A DNA stretch of 59,951 nt from a virus. The notes under the pieces are model-generated. The model saw only the letters and a program-made list of their open reading frames with translations. It did no database searches and was not told where the DNA came from. Below, piece after piece: positions 6,962 to 16,319 of the stretch (position 1 is its first letter; each line of letters begins with the position of its first letter). Position numbers and translations under genes: made by a program. The stretch lies in IMG/VR virus record IMGVR_UViG_3300035683_000005, positions 1-59,951 of that record; one strand, given 5' to 3'.

Positions 6962-8518
6962 ATGATGTTTTCGCCACAACAGGCCGCCGCGATTGAGTTC
7001 GCGCGTTCCGGCAAGGGCAGCGGACTCGTGGTCGCTGTCGCTGGTGCAGGTAAGACGACGACTTTGGTCGAGATGTGCAAGGTGAGCAACGCGAAGAACA
7101 TCGCCTTTGCTGCCTATAACAAGGCGATCGCAGCCGAGATCGGCACCAAGCTCGAAGCGGCGGGACTGAAGGCACCCCGTGTTCGTTCCGGCACCTTTCA
7201 TTCCTTCGGCTTCTCGAACTGGCGCCAGGCCGCGCCCAAGGTGCGGGTCGACAAGAACGATGAAAAGACCAAGCACCTCCTCGAGCAGCGCAAGGTACCC
7301 GACGAGTTCCACCCGTTCGTCAGCCGACTCGTGTCCTTGGCGAAGCAGCGCGCTTTCGGCGTGTTGATCCAGACTGACGACTATCGTGCCTGGGTGGACA
7401 CCGTCGCGCATTTCGATCTGGACGATCTACTCCCGGCCGACCCCAGCCAGACTGCCGAACAGCTGCGCAAGCAGGTACAGGCTGGGATCGCCCACGCCTG
7501 GCATGTGTTGCACGCCAGCACTCAGATGGACTACAATGTCGTCAACTTCGACGACATGATCTACGCACCGCTTGTGCATGGTGCGCGGGTTTGGCCGAAC
7601 GATCTTGTGCTTGTCGACGAGGCACAGGACACCAATCCCGCCCGCCGCGCGCTCGCAAAGATGATGCTTCGGCCGGGTGGTCGGCTGATTGCGGTGGGCG
7701 ACCCACATCAGGCCATCTACGGGTTCACGGGCGCGGACAACGATTCGTTGGAGATCATCCGCCGCGAGTTCAACTGCACTATTCTACCACTGACCGTTAC
7801 GTACCGCTGCCCGAAAGCGGTGGTGGAACACGCCCACCAGTGGGTTGAACACATCACCGCTGCGGACACGGCCCCCGAGGGTGTGGTCCGTACGATGAAG
7901 GACGACGAGTTTCGGAAGCTGACAGGCGCGGAACTCGGGTGGCAGGACGTCGTTATCTGCCGCAACACCCAACCGCTCGTAGAACTCGCCTTCGATTTGA
8001 TTCGCCGTCGTATTCCCTGCCATATCGAGGGTCGGGACATCGGTGCCGGACTGATCGCTTTCACGAAGAAGTGGAAGAGCGTGACGACGGTCGGCGCGCT
8101 TCGGATCCAGATCGACGACCACCTCGACCGCGAAACCGAGCGGCTGATGTCGAAGGGTCAGGAGCAGAAAGCGGACAACCTGGCGGACAAGGTTGCCACA
8201 CTGCACGTGATCATGGAGGATCTTGCCGATGACGCGCCGCTGTCCGAGGTCGCTAGAATCATCGAGACGTTGTTCGAAGACACGGAACCCGGTGAGGCGC
8301 CGAAGAACGTGACGCTTTGCACAGCGCACCGATCTAAGGGGCGGGAATGGGTGCGGGTGTACCTGCTTGGGCGTAACGTCTTCATGCCCAGCCCCTACGC
8401 GCGCCAGCAATGGCAGGCGGAGCAAGAGGATAACCTCTGCTATGTTTCCGTTACGCGCGCCATGCAGGAGCTCGTGGAGGTGTGGGTTGATCCACGGAAG
8501 TACGGTCGCCGGCGGTAA
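6962..8518 (+). CDS. UvrD/Rep-family (SF1) DNA helicase
   Basis: Walker A VAGAGKTTT. Motif II LVLVDEAQD. C-terminal TAHRSKGREW. Confidence 0.85.
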   Translation: MMFSPQQAAAIEFARSGKGSGLVVAVAGAGKTTTLVEMCKVSNAKNIAFAAYNKAIAAEIGTKLEAAGLKAPRVRSGTFHSFGFSNWRQAAPKVRVDKNDEKTKHLLEQRKVPDEFHPFVSRLVSLAKQRAFGVLIQTDDYRAWVDTVAHFDLDDLLPADPSQTAEQLRKQVQAGIAHAWHVLHASTQMDYNVVNFDDMIYAPLVHGARVWPNDLVLVDEAQDTNPARRALAKMMLRPGGRLIAVGDPHQAIYGFTGADNDSLEIIRREFNCTILPLTVTYRCPKAVVEHAHQWVEHITAADTAPEGVVRTMKDDEFRKLTGAELGWQDVVICRNTQPLVELAFDLIRRRIPCHIEGRDIGAGLIAFTKKWKSVTTVGALRIQIDDHLDRETERLMSKGQEQKADNLADKVATLHVIMEDLADDAPLSEVARIIETLFEDTEPGEAPKNVTLCTAHRSKGREWVRVYLLGRNVFMPSPYARQQWQAEQEDNLCYVSVTRAMQELVEVWVDPRKYGRRR

Positions 8519-8521
8519 ACC

Positions 8522-8550
8522 TTGACGTGTGGGGTACGGTGCCCTATATT
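8522..8550 (+). promoter_or_regulatory. Promoter, TTGACG-N17-TATATT
   Basis: -35 at 8522-8527, -10 at 8545-8550. Confidence 0.75.
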
Positions 8551-8597
8551 ACACTGTCGGGCACCGTACCCCCTAACACACCAGCAAGGAGCGGCAA

Positions 8598-8837
8598 ATG
8601 CTTACGAAGGAGCAGCGCGCGGCGCGCCATGTCCTGGCGAAGATGTTCAGGTTGATGCAGTCCGACGAAGACTTCGGCAGCGTGGTTGGGCACGGCATCG
8701 CGTACCTCCGGGAGCACGCCGCCCCCTACCCGGCATTCGAAGCGATGCAGGGCGTAGACGAGCACGTTGTCTACAAGGAGGCTCGGATTTTGATGCAGAA
8801 TGTTGCCGACGACCTTCAGAACCAGGCGGAGGCGTGA
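8598..8837 (+). CDS. Hypothetical protein, 79 aa
   Basis: ORF track. RBS agcaaggagcggcaa. Confidence 0.65.
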   Translation: MLTKEQRAARHVLAKMFRLMQSDEDFGSVVGHGIAYLREHAAPYPAFEAMQGVDEHVVYKEARILMQNVADDLQNQAEA

Positions 8838-8838
8838 C

Positions 8839-9336
8839 ATGAACCCGTCCCAGCGTCGCGCGATCCGACAGATCCTGCGTTTCTACCGCGACCGAAACAG
8901 TGACAATTTCAGCACGCGTATCAAGATCGCGTCGTGGCACGGTTCGACACTATATGTGAAGGTCTGGACGCGCTGGGACGGGGGTAAGGACCGTGTTGGA
9001 TCGACTATGGAAAGCAGCGCCACATTTGTGATTGGCAAGCGTGGAGGCATCAAGGTGCTGACCGCATTCGGCTGCCGCGGATCTGAAGATCAACATGTCG
9101 CGTTCATGCTTGGAGCCCGTACCAGCTACGGCACCACCGCCCTGAAGCATAGGCCCAGCTCTTATCGTGGCAAGGGGAAGACGCGGAAGGTGTGGGACAT
9201 CGCAGACGCGATGCCAGGTGCTAGTCGTAAAGAAGTGCTTGAAGCGTGTGCTGACCACAACATTAATCCCAACACGGCGGCTACACAGTACGCGGCCTGG
9301 AAGCGCCTCGAAAAGGCGTGCGGGAGGGCGAAATAG
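8839..9336 (+). CDS. Hypothetical protein, 165 aa, carrying the repeated C-terminal module (KVWDIADAM...RKEVLEACADHNINPNTAATQYAAWKR)
   Basis: ATG at 8839 directly after the previous TGA, in the frame of ORF 8800..9336. Confidence 0.65.
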   Translation: MNPSQRRAIRQILRFYRDRNSDNFSTRIKIASWHGSTLYVKVWTRWDGGKDRVGSTMESSATFVIGKRGGIKVLTAFGCRGSEDQHVAFMLGARTSYGTTALKHRPSSYRGKGKTRKVWDIADAMPGASRKEVLEACADHNINPNTAATQYAAWKRLEKACGRAK

Positions 9337-9337
9337 A

Positions 9338-9604
9338 ATGCCGCTCGTTAGCCCCGAGGCGCCCACCGTCACTCTGCTTGCCACCTATGGCGTAATCGCG
9401 CACATGAATGGTGAGTTGAACGGGTGGACGGGTGCGCTGGAAGCCTACTTCTACGAAAACCTCGAAACCTTCGGAATCGAGATCAAATCGGAAAACGCGC
9501 GGAACGTAGTTGTCGACATGGCGGCACAGGTGGCACGTTCGCGCATCGTCGTGATCAGCGTACACCAAGGTCTGCCGCTCTCACCCGAGCTACTGGAGGA
9601 ATGA
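9338..9604 (+). CDS. Hypothetical protein, 88 aa
   Basis: Internal ATG (MPLVSPEAP...) of ORF 9167..9604, starting 1 nt after the previous stop. Confidence 0.6.
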   Translation: MPLVSPEAPTVTLLATYGVIAHMNGELNGWTGALEAYFYENLETFGIEIKSENARNVVVDMAAQVARSRIVVISVHQGLPLSPELLEE

Positions 9605-9786
9605 TGGCACGCATCGATTTGCAGCTTAATGAAGCAGAGGTAAAGAAGATTGTGATCGACTACTACGCATCCAAGGGCAAGCGCGTACAAAACGTTAGTG
9701 TCCGTTACGATCGTCCGCCGAATGCAACACAGTTCGATCCCGGTACCGGGCTAAGCATAACTGTCCATATGGAAGGAGAAATCTGA
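9601..9786 (+). CDS. Hypothetical protein, 61 aa
   Basis: ATGA overlap with the previous gene, in the frame of ORF 9424..9786. Confidence 0.6.
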   Translation: MMARIDLQLNEAEVKKIVIDYYASKGKRVQNVSVRYDRPPNATQFDPGTGLSITVHMEGEI

Positions 9787-10049
9787 TGTACATCACCAGT
9801 TTCACAGTCGTGGGATCTGTTCCCTTCCCCATCGACATGCTCAGGCGGCGGAACTGTTATCCATCAAACGGCGACTCCTGCATCGCAATCGCAAACTCGC
9901 TGAACTCTGATACATACGAGCCAAGCACGCAGTACATCGTGAACCTCGAGTTTGCACATTTGACGAAAGATCCACGCCTCTTCTGCGACGATGATTGGCG
10001 CAGCTTTGGCTGGGGCTGGCGTGGTGAGGTTGTAACGCGGAAGGTCTAA
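9786..10049 (+). CDS. Hypothetical protein, 87 aa
   Basis: ORF track. TGATG coupling. Confidence 0.55.
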   Translation: MYITSFTVVGSVPFPIDMLRRRNCYPSNGDSCIAIANSLNSDTYEPSTQYIVNLEFAHLTKDPRLFCDDDWRSFGWGWRGEVVTRKV

Positions 10050-10090
10050 CGGCTTGTTTTGACGCCGTTGCCGACGGGTACGTAAGGGGG

Positions 10091-10119
10091 TTGACAATCG
10101 GGTTGTGCCGGGTTACTTT
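10091..10119 (+). promoter_or_regulatory. Promoter, TTGACA-N17-TACTTT
   Basis: -35 at 10091-10096, -10 at 10114-10119. Confidence 0.6.
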
Positions 10120-10160
10120 GTACGTAGGGCATACAGTACACCCTAGCAAACGAGTTACAC

Positions 10161-10418
10161 GTGCCAAGTCTTACGCACGCCACCACGCCGGTCCATCTGT
10201 TCGATGCCGAGGGAAAGGCGAACCATCACGACCAGCAGGTACGCCGGATCGAAGCGTTGCTGAAAAGCGCGCTGCCAGACGAACGCCGCCAGTCCCTGCA
10301 AGCTGATCTGCTTCGCCACGCTCGCACTGCCCACCTGCTGCGCAACCCGGTACCCGGCAATCCCAAGTCGCAGATGAGGTCGTACGTTCGCCTCGACAAA
10401 TACTTCTTCAATGGCTAA
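10161..10418 (+). CDS. Hypothetical protein, 85 aa
   Basis: ORF track, GTG start. Weak RBS. Confidence 0.5.
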   Translation: MPSLTHATTPVHLFDAEGKANHHDQQVRRIEALLKSALPDERRQSLQADLLRHARTAHLLRNPVPGNPKSQMRSYVRLDKYFFNG

Positions 10419-10608
10419 TCTGCTTTCTCAAGAGAGTCTGCCCGTAATAGTGCCCCCACGCGGGGTCCTCTATTACGGCAGCGACGAAGCGTTTTGGCGG
10501 AGCATCAATGAGGTTCTTGAGGACACACGGCGTTGGCTTGATGGCATCAAGCGGGAAGCCGAATTCGCCGCTGCCCGCTGGGAAGACGACGGCGGCTCAA
10601 CCGTCTGA
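10411..10608 (+). CDS. Hypothetical protein, 65 aa
   Basis: ORF track. Overlaps the previous stop by 8 nt. Confidence 0.55.
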   Translation: MANLLSQESLPVIVPPRGVLYYGSDEAFWRSINEVLEDTRRWLDGIKREAEFAAARWEDDGGSTV

Positions 10609-10618
10609 GGAGGGTACG

Positions 10619-11068
10619 GTGGAAAACGCGATAGAGGAGCCCGTTCTGACGTACTTCGAAACCGTCCAGCAGTGGGCGGAGCTTCGGCAGCAAATCCGTG
10701 TACTCCAAGAGAAGGAGAAGGCTTATCGTGAGCAGCTGTTCAAGGGTACCTTTCGCGATCCCCGGGAGGGCGCGAACACGTACGCGCTGCCCGACAACGA
10801 CGTTTTCCCCGCGGGGACGCGCATCGTCGGCACCTACAAGCTGAACCGCACCGTCGACGAGGAGAAGTGGAACGCGCTGCTCGACGACCCCGACAATCCA
10901 CTGCCCGAGGAGATCGCGGCCGAGGTCATCGAATGGAAGCCCGAGCTGCGTCTCAAACAGTACCGCGAGCTGCCGGAGGAGATCCGTAAGCGAGTGGAGA
11001 CAGCGATCATCGTGAAGCCCGGACTCCCCGACCTGGAAGTCAAGCCGCCCAAGCATGAGGAAGCCTGA
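10619..11068 (+). CDS. Gp157-like coiled-coil protein, 149 aa. This is the usual partner upstream of Sak4-type ATPases.
   Basis: GTG at 10619, 5 nt after GAGGAGG. The synteny Gp157-like / AAA_24 / DUF669 is a known module in siphoviruses. Confidence 0.5.
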   Translation: MENAIEEPVLTYFETVQQWAELRQQIRVLQEKEKAYREQLFKGTFRDPREGANTYALPDNDVFPAGTRIVGTYKLNRTVDEEKWNALLDDPDNPLPEEIAAEVIEWKPELRLKQYRELPEEIRKRVETAIIVKPGLPDLEVKPPKHEEA

Positions 11069-11775
11069 TGGCTGTCCAGTGGACGACGACGCGACAAGCC
11101 GCGCAGATCAATGGGGTGAAGGTGCTGATCCACGGCAAGGCAGGTGTCGGCAAGACGCCGCTTGCCGCGACGGCCCCAAACCCGATCATCATCGCTTCGG
11201 AACCCGGTTTGGTGTCGCTCAACCAGCACGAGATTCCGACGGCCATCGTCAAATCAGTCGAGGACTTCGACGATGCCTACAAGTATATCGCGCATAGCCC
11301 GGATGCGCGCGCCCGGTTCCAAACTGTCTTCATGGACAGCGGAACGGAGCTTGCCGAAGTGTGTCTGACCGCGGAGAAGAAGAAAAGCAAGGACCCGCGC
11401 AAGGCATACGGCGAGATGCAGGACAAGATCATGGACCGCTTTCGTTGGTTTCGTGATCTGGACGGCTACAACGTCTGCATCATCTGCAAGGGCGACCGGG
11501 TGAAGGACGACATGACGGGGGGCTTCATCTACGGCCCAATGATGCCAGGCCAGCAGCTCGGAAAGCAGCTGCCGTTCCTGTTCGATATCATCCTCAGCAT
11601 GGAGGTGTGGAAGGACCCTGCTACGAACATAGTACACTCGTATCTGCGCAGCCAACGGGACCACCAGTACGAGGCGCGCGATCGGTCGGGTACGCTGGCT
11701 CCCTTCGAGCCGCCCAACCTGACCGACATCTTCAACAAAGTGATGAGAGGAGAACGACATGTCGCTCGGCAGTGA
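11068..11775 (+). CDS. RecA-fold ATPase, AAA_24 / Sak4-like recombination protein
   Basis: Walker A LIHGKAGVGKTPLA. Walker B-like TVFMDSGTE. TGATG coupling. Confidence 0.75.
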   Translation: MAVQWTTTRQAAQINGVKVLIHGKAGVGKTPLAATAPNPIIIASEPGLVSLNQHEIPTAIVKSVEDFDDAYKYIAHSPDARARFQTVFMDSGTELAEVCLTAEKKKSKDPRKAYGEMQDKIMDRFRWFRDLDGYNVCIICKGDRVKDDMTGGFIYGPMMPGQQLGKQLPFLFDIILSMEVWKDPATNIVHSYLRSQRDHQYEARDRSGTLAPFEPPNLTDIFNKVMRGERHVARQ

Positions 11776-12484
11776 ACTTGGCTACGTGTTCGACGCAACA
11801 CTGATCGAACCCGCCGTGCCTTCGGAGCCGGTGCCCGCAGGCTGGTACCCGGTCGTGCTGACGACTGCGCAGAACAAGCAGGCGCGGGGCAATGATCAGC
11901 ACTACTACATGCAGCTGGACTTCTCCGTGATCGACGGTCCACACAAGGGCCGCATCCTCACGGAGCGTCTGAATCTGTGGAACAGCAACGCCACAACGGT
12001 GGAGCTCGCGCAGCGGACGCTGTCCGCGATCTGCCACGCGACCGGCGTGATGCGCATCCAGAGCGGCCAGGAGCTCGCCGGCATCCCGCTGATGGTCCGC
12101 GCCATCCGCGAGGAGCCCGACGCCGCCAAGGGCCGTACCAGCCCGCAGAACGCGATCCGCGGGTACGACAAGGCAGGTTCGCAGACCCCGGCCTGGGCGG
12201 CGGCCGGTGGCCCCGGCGCACCGACGTTCACCCCGCCGGGCCAGGCCGCACCGCCCCCGGCCGCGCCCAGCTTCGCGCCGCCTCCCGCCGCGTCTCCTCC
12301 CACGGCACCGCCTGCCGCCGCACCCCCGGCAGCTCCCCCCGCTGCGCCCCCCACGCCGCCAGTCGGCACGGGCGCGCCGCCTCCGGGACCCGGACCCGCC
12401 GGTGCCGCCCCACCCTGGGGTGGCGCGCCGCCGGCGGCACCGGGTACGCCCCCGGCCGCCCCGCCCTGGGCGACGCAGCAGTAG
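11759..12484 (+). CDS. DUF669-type phage single-stranded DNA-binding protein with a long Pro/Ala-rich C-terminal tail
   Basis: Sits directly after the Sak4-like gene. N-terminal 130 aa are globular. About the last 100 aa are low-complexity P/A. Confidence 0.6.
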   Translation: MSLGSELGYVFDATLIEPAVPSEPVPAGWYPVVLTTAQNKQARGNDQHYYMQLDFSVIDGPHKGRILTERLNLWNSNATTVELAQRTLSAICHATGVMRIQSGQELAGIPLMVRAIREEPDAAKGRTSPQNAIRGYDKAGSQTPAWAAAGGPGAPTFTPPGQAAPPPAAPSFAPPPAASPPTAPPAAAPPAAPPAAPPTPPVGTGAPPPGPGPAGAAPPWGGAPPAAPGTPPAAPPWATQQ

Positions 12485-12548
12485 CGGGCAGTTCGGCCGG
12501 GTACGCGGGGTGCGTACCCGGCACATTCACCACTTAGGGATTCGACCG

Positions 12549-12764
12549 ATGATGAAGCAGGGAACCGTGAAGTGGTTTAACGAGACCAAGGGATTCGGGT
12601 TCATCACCCCGAACGACGGATCGCGCGACGTCTTCGTGCACCACACCGCGATCCAGAAGCAGGGATTCCGTACGCTGGCTGAGGGGGAGCCGGTGCAGTT
12701 CGAGGAGGTCGCCGGCAACGGTGGCAAGGGGCCCGCGGCGGAGAACGTGCAGAGCTTGAAGTAG
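12549..12764 (+). CDS. csp: Cold-shock protein, CspA family, 71 aa
   Basis: [35 protein letters not shown] carries the RNP1 (KGFGFI) and RNP2 (VFVHH) motifs. Internal ATG of ORF 12207..12764. Confidence 0.9.
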   Translation: MMKQGTVKWFNETKGFGFITPNDGSRDVFVHHTAIQKQGFRTLAEGEPVQFEEVAGNGGKGPAAENVQSLK

Positions 12765-12768
12765 CAGG

Positions 12769-12866
12769 TGGCGGGTAAGCTCCAACGCCACGTCAAGGCA
12801 GCGGAGAAGGGCGCGGCTTGAGTGTCCAGAGCTGCTAGCGGGGGTTCGATCCCCCCGCCCCGCCAT
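12769..12866 (+). ncRNA. tRNA-like structure with a 7-bp acceptor helix and a 7-bp T-stem carrying a canonical TTCGATC loop. It has no recognisable D or anticodon arms.
   Basis: TGGCGGG (12769-12775) pairs perfectly with CCCGCCA (12859-12865). GCGGGGG (12838-12844), loop TTCGATC, CCCCCGC (12852-12858). It starts 5 nt after the csp stop. Confidence 0.45.
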
Positions 12867-12893
12867 TGTGGACATCGACAAGGAGGAACGCAG

Positions 12894-13121
12894 ATGCCTG
12901 TTCCCGTAGTGAGCAAGAATCACTCAGTTGGCAACCAGACGTATATCGGCGAGGTCCAGATCGTCCTGTGCCCACAGTGCATCGGACACGGTCGTGTCGT
13001 CGTCGAGATTACCGCCGGTAGCATTAGCGTGAAGCAAGAAGAGCTTTGTGCGTACTGCCGCGGTGAGCGCGTTGTCGAGTCGAGGATTCACCACCAGTAT
13101 TGCATCGGAGCGGATAAGTGA
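12894..13121 (+). CDS. DnaJ-type zinc-finger (CxxCxGxG) protein, 75 aa
   Basis: CPQCIGHG and CAYCRGER motifs. ATG preceded by acaaggaggaacgcag. Confidence 0.65.
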   Translation: MPVPVVSKNHSVGNQTYIGEVQIVLCPQCIGHGRVVVEITAGSISVKQEELCAYCRGERVVESRIHHQYCIGADK

Positions 13122-13309
13122 ACGCCGAAAAGTTTCTTGAGGCTCTTGAGGCTTACATCGATCAGAAGGTAAACGAGGGTGTTGAGCGCGTTCTGGATCA
13201 GGTAGTGCCACCCGACGAACGCGGCATTTCCCTTGGATACCGCCGGGACAGATTCGATCCGTACGAGGACATGCGCAAGGCCTTGCTCGAAGATAGCGAG
13301 GGAGTGTGA
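13118..13309 (+). CDS. Hypothetical protein, 63 aa
   Basis: ORF track. GTGA coupling. Confidence 0.5.
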   Translation: MNAEKFLEALEAYIDQKVNEGVERVLDQVVPPDERGISLGYRRDRFDPYEDMRKALLEDSEGV

Positions 13310-13680
13310 TCTCTCCCGAGCTGACACCGCAGGCGCCCTATATCAAGCATCAGCACCGCAGGCTGCCGGAGAGCGTGCGTAAGGAGATTGCTGCGCGTAT
13401 TCGCCATGTCTTCTACCGCAAGGCGATTATTCGGAAAGGGCCGGACGGCAGCGCGTTTCAGGATTACCAGACCTGGGCCGAAGTGATTGGTGATATGATG
13501 ATCAGTGAAACGCAGCTGCGGAGCTACCGTAATGGGCAGGCTGTTCCCACACTGGCGATCCTGTACGAGCTTTGTCGGGTAAGCGGGTTCAGTCCAAATT
13601 GGTTCATGGGCTTCGTTCCAATTGATTCCGAGGGTACACATGTACGGCCAACAGACTTCAATGATTTGAAGCATAAATGA
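13306..13680 (+). CDS. XRE-type helix-turn-helix protein, 124 aa
   Basis: ISETQLRSYRNGQAVPTLAILYELCRVSGFSPNWF resembles the HTH_3 pattern. Confidence 0.55.
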   Translation: MISPELTPQAPYIKHQHRRLPESVRKEIAARIRHVFYRKAIIRKGPDGSAFQDYQTWAEVIGDMMISETQLRSYRNGQAVPTLAILYELCRVSGFSPNWFMGFVPIDSEGTHVRPTDFNDLKHK

Positions 13681-14495
13681 ATAGAACACTAACGCAGCTT
13701 GCAATCGACCGGCGTATCGAAGAGGCGCAGAATGACGATTTTCGCATGCATCTCGGTGCATCGATCATCGGACGCGAGTGTGCGCGTGAAATCTGGTATA
13801 GCTTCCACTGGGCGAAGAAAGTTCGGCACAAGGCGCGGCAGTTGCGCCTTTTCGACAGGGGCAATCTTGAAGAAGAGCGGTTTGTCAACTGGCTGCGTGC
13901 CGCCGGTGTGTTTGTTGAGGATCGGAACGTTGCGACGGGCAAACAGCACCAGATCAGTGACCACGGTGGTCACTTCGGTGGATCAAAAGATGCACACCTG
14001 CGTTATGTGCCTGACTGGCCGACGGACGAATGGCTGCTCGGTGAGTTCAAGACACACAACGAGAAGTCATTCAAAGAACTCGTAAAGCTCGGCGTCAAGA
14101 AGGCAAAATTCGAGCATTATGTTCAGATGCAGGTCTACATGCTCAAGAGCGGTATGCCGGCGGCGTTATACATGGCGATCAACAAGAACGACGATGACAT
14201 GTATGTCGAACTTGTCGAGTTCGACATTGTCGTCGCGACCATGTATCTGGATAGAGCTGGTCAGATTATCGCCGCACGAGAGCCTCCCGCGCGTATCAGC
14301 GAGAATCCGGGATGGTATAAATGTCAATGGTGCGACTTCCTCGCAATCTGCCATAGCGGAAAGCCAATGGCGCACAACTGCCGCACATGTGTCAACGCAG
14401 TGCCGGTCGACGGCGGCTGGCACTGCACCCGCTATAACTACCCGCTGAACGAAACCGATCAGAAGCGGGGTTGCACTACACACACCCCCTATTGA
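13677..14495 (+). CDS. PD-(D/E)XK exonuclease of the Cas4/RecB type with Fe-S cluster cysteines
   Basis: EFK core (LLGEFKTHNEK). Cysteine pattern: C (GRECAREIWY) ... CQWCDFLAIC = C-x2-C-x5-C. Confidence 0.7.
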   Translation: MNRTLTQLAIDRRIEEAQNDDFRMHLGASIIGRECAREIWYSFHWAKKVRHKARQLRLFDRGNLEEERFVNWLRAAGVFVEDRNVATGKQHQISDHGGHFGGSKDAHLRYVPDWPTDEWLLGEFKTHNEKSFKELVKLGVKKAKFEHYVQMQVYMLKSGMPAALYMAINKNDDDMYVELVEFDIVVATMYLDRAGQIIAAREPPARISENPGWYKCQWCDFLAICHSGKPMAHNCRTCVNAVPVDGGWHCTRYNYPLNETDQKRGCTTHTPY

Positions 14496-14498
14496 TCC

Positions 14499-16319
14499 AT
14501 GCGCTGTTCATGTTGTGGCAAGATTCCTTACAACTCACTAGAGGAAGCAGAAGCATCCGCGGCGAAGCACCCTTACAGAGTTGAGGCGTACTTTAAACCC
14601 GCCTGCGGTTCATGGCATCTGACAGGTAGCCAGTTTGAACGGGCGAAACGCAACCGAGCGTTCTACATGACGAAGAAGATCCAGCTACGCGATTACCAAG
14701 TTGCGGCAGTAGACGCACTGTTTAAGTACTTCGCCGAGCATACCGGCAACCCTGTTGTGGCGATGCCAACGGGTACGGGGAAGAGCTTGGTGATAGCAGA
14801 GTTCATTCGTCGCGCCTGTCAGACTTACCCAACCACTCGGGTAATGATGCTGACTCACGTGAAGGAACTGATACAGCAGGATATGAGGGCGCTGATCAGT
14901 GTTTGGCCGAGCGCACCGGCAGGTGTTTACAGCGCGGGTTTGAGGCGTCGTGAGGCATCGCGTATTACATTCGCCGGCATCCAGTCGGTTTACACGCGGC
15001 CGCAATTGTTCGGCTTTATCGATCTGATACTGATTGATGAATGCCATTTGGTGAGTGGCAAAGATTCTACTTCTTATCGTCAATTCATCAACGAGCTGAA
15101 GAAGACTAACCCCGCGCTAAAGGTTATTGGCTTTTCTGCAACTCCATATCGGCTCGGCCAAGGTATGCTCACCGACCCGGGCGGTCTTTTCACGGACATC
15201 TGCTTTGATCTCACTTCACGTGACTCGTTCAACTGGATGATCGCACAGGGTTGGGTCTCCAAACTAATCCCAAAGCATACGCGCAACGAGCTCGATGTCC
15301 ACAATGTGCGCGTTCACGGCGGTGAGTTCGTTCTGGCCGAGTTGCAAGCTGCCATCGATAGGATGGAAGTGACGCGCCGCGCCCTTGAAGAAGCTGTTCA
15401 GTTGGCGGAAGGTCGACGCCACTGGCTTGTCTTCGCTACAGGGATTGACCACGCGGAGCACGTGGCAGACGAGCTGGAGCACTTGGGCATTTCTGCCGCA
15501 TCTGTTCACTCCAAGATGTCGGATGGTGTGCGCGATGAACGCCGCGCAGATTTTGAGTCAGGAAAGCTGCGCGCACTGGTCAATAACAATGTGCTAACGA
15601 CGGGTTACGACTTCCCGAAGATCGACTGTATCATAATGCTGCGCCCGACAGCGTCGCCCGGGCTCTGGGTGCAGATGCTCGGCCGCGGCACCCGTCCGGT
15701 GTACCCGGATGATTTCGACGTGAATAACGCCACTGTTCTGGACAGAACCGCCTCTCTCCTGAAGCACGATTGTCTTGTGCTCGACTTTGCGGGCAATACC
15801 GCGCGCCTGGGGCCGATCAACGATCCTGTAATTCCAAAGCGGAAGGGCAAAGGCCCGCCAGGTATCGCGCCAGTACGGCTCTGCGGCGCCTGTGGTTGCT
15901 ATAGCCATGCTGCCGCGGCACACTGTGAGGTATGCGGAGCGGAGTTCCCCCGCAAAGTCAAGATTGAAACAAGCGCTTCTCAAATGGAGCTCGTCGCTGG
16001 GCCTCTGCCGGTTATCGAGAAGATGCCCGTTTCACAGGTGATTTACAGACTCCACCAGAAAGAGGGAAAACCGGCAACGTTGCGTGTGGACTACTATAGC
16101 GGTGTGCGTAGGTTCAGCGAGTATATTTCGATCGAGCACAACGGCTATGCCGGGCATCAGGCACGAAAGTGGTGGGCGATGCGCGCTCCAATGCAATGGG
16201 GATTTCCCAAGACCGCGGAGGAGGCATTAACTGCCGTCAACTGGCTGAAGGTACCCGCTACAATCAGTGTTGAAACCTCGAAGAAGTACCCGGGGATAGC
16301 GAACTATGAATTCGAGTGA
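14499..16319 (+). CDS. Superfamily 2 DEAD/DEAH-box (DECH) DNA helicase with a C-terminal zinc ribbon
   Basis: MPTGTGKS, LILIDECH, SATP and QMLGRGTRP motifs. CGACGC...CEVCG ribbon. Confidence 0.85.
   Translation: MRCSCCGKIPYNSLEEAEASAAKHPYRVEAYFKPACGSWHLTGSQFERAKRNRAFYMTKKIQLRDYQVAAVDALFKYFAEHTGNPVVAMPTGTGKSLVIAEFIRRACQTYPTTRVMMLTHVKELIQQDMRALISVWPSAPAGVYSAGLRRREASRITFAGIQSVYTRPQLFGFIDLILIDECHLVSGKDSTSYRQFINELKKTNPALKVIGFSATPYRLGQGMLTDPGGLFTDICFDLTSRDSFNWMIAQGWVSKLIPKHTRNELDVHNVRVHGGEFVLAELQAAIDRMEVTRRALEEAVQLAEGRRHWLVFATGIDHAEHVADELEHLGISAASVHSKMSDGVRDERRADFESGKLRALVNNNVLTTGYDFPKIDCIIMLRPTASPGLWVQMLGRGTRPVYPDDFDVNNATVLDRTASLLKHDCLVLDFAGNTARLGPINDPVIPKRKGKGPPGIAPVRLCGACGCYSHAAAAHCEVCGAEFPRKVKIETSASQMELVAGPLPVIEKMPVSQVIYRLHQKEGKPATLRVDYYSGVRRFSEYISIEHNGYAGHQARKWWAMRAPMQWGFPKTAEEALTAVNWLKVPATISVETSKKYPGIANYEFE

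Noticed and set aside
12838-12866. A tRNA 3'-end fragment acting as attP for integration into a host tRNA gene.
   Set aside because: Both strands of the acceptor helix are present, so it is not just a 3' half. No integrase, excisionase or CI-type repressor is recognisable anywhere in the genome.
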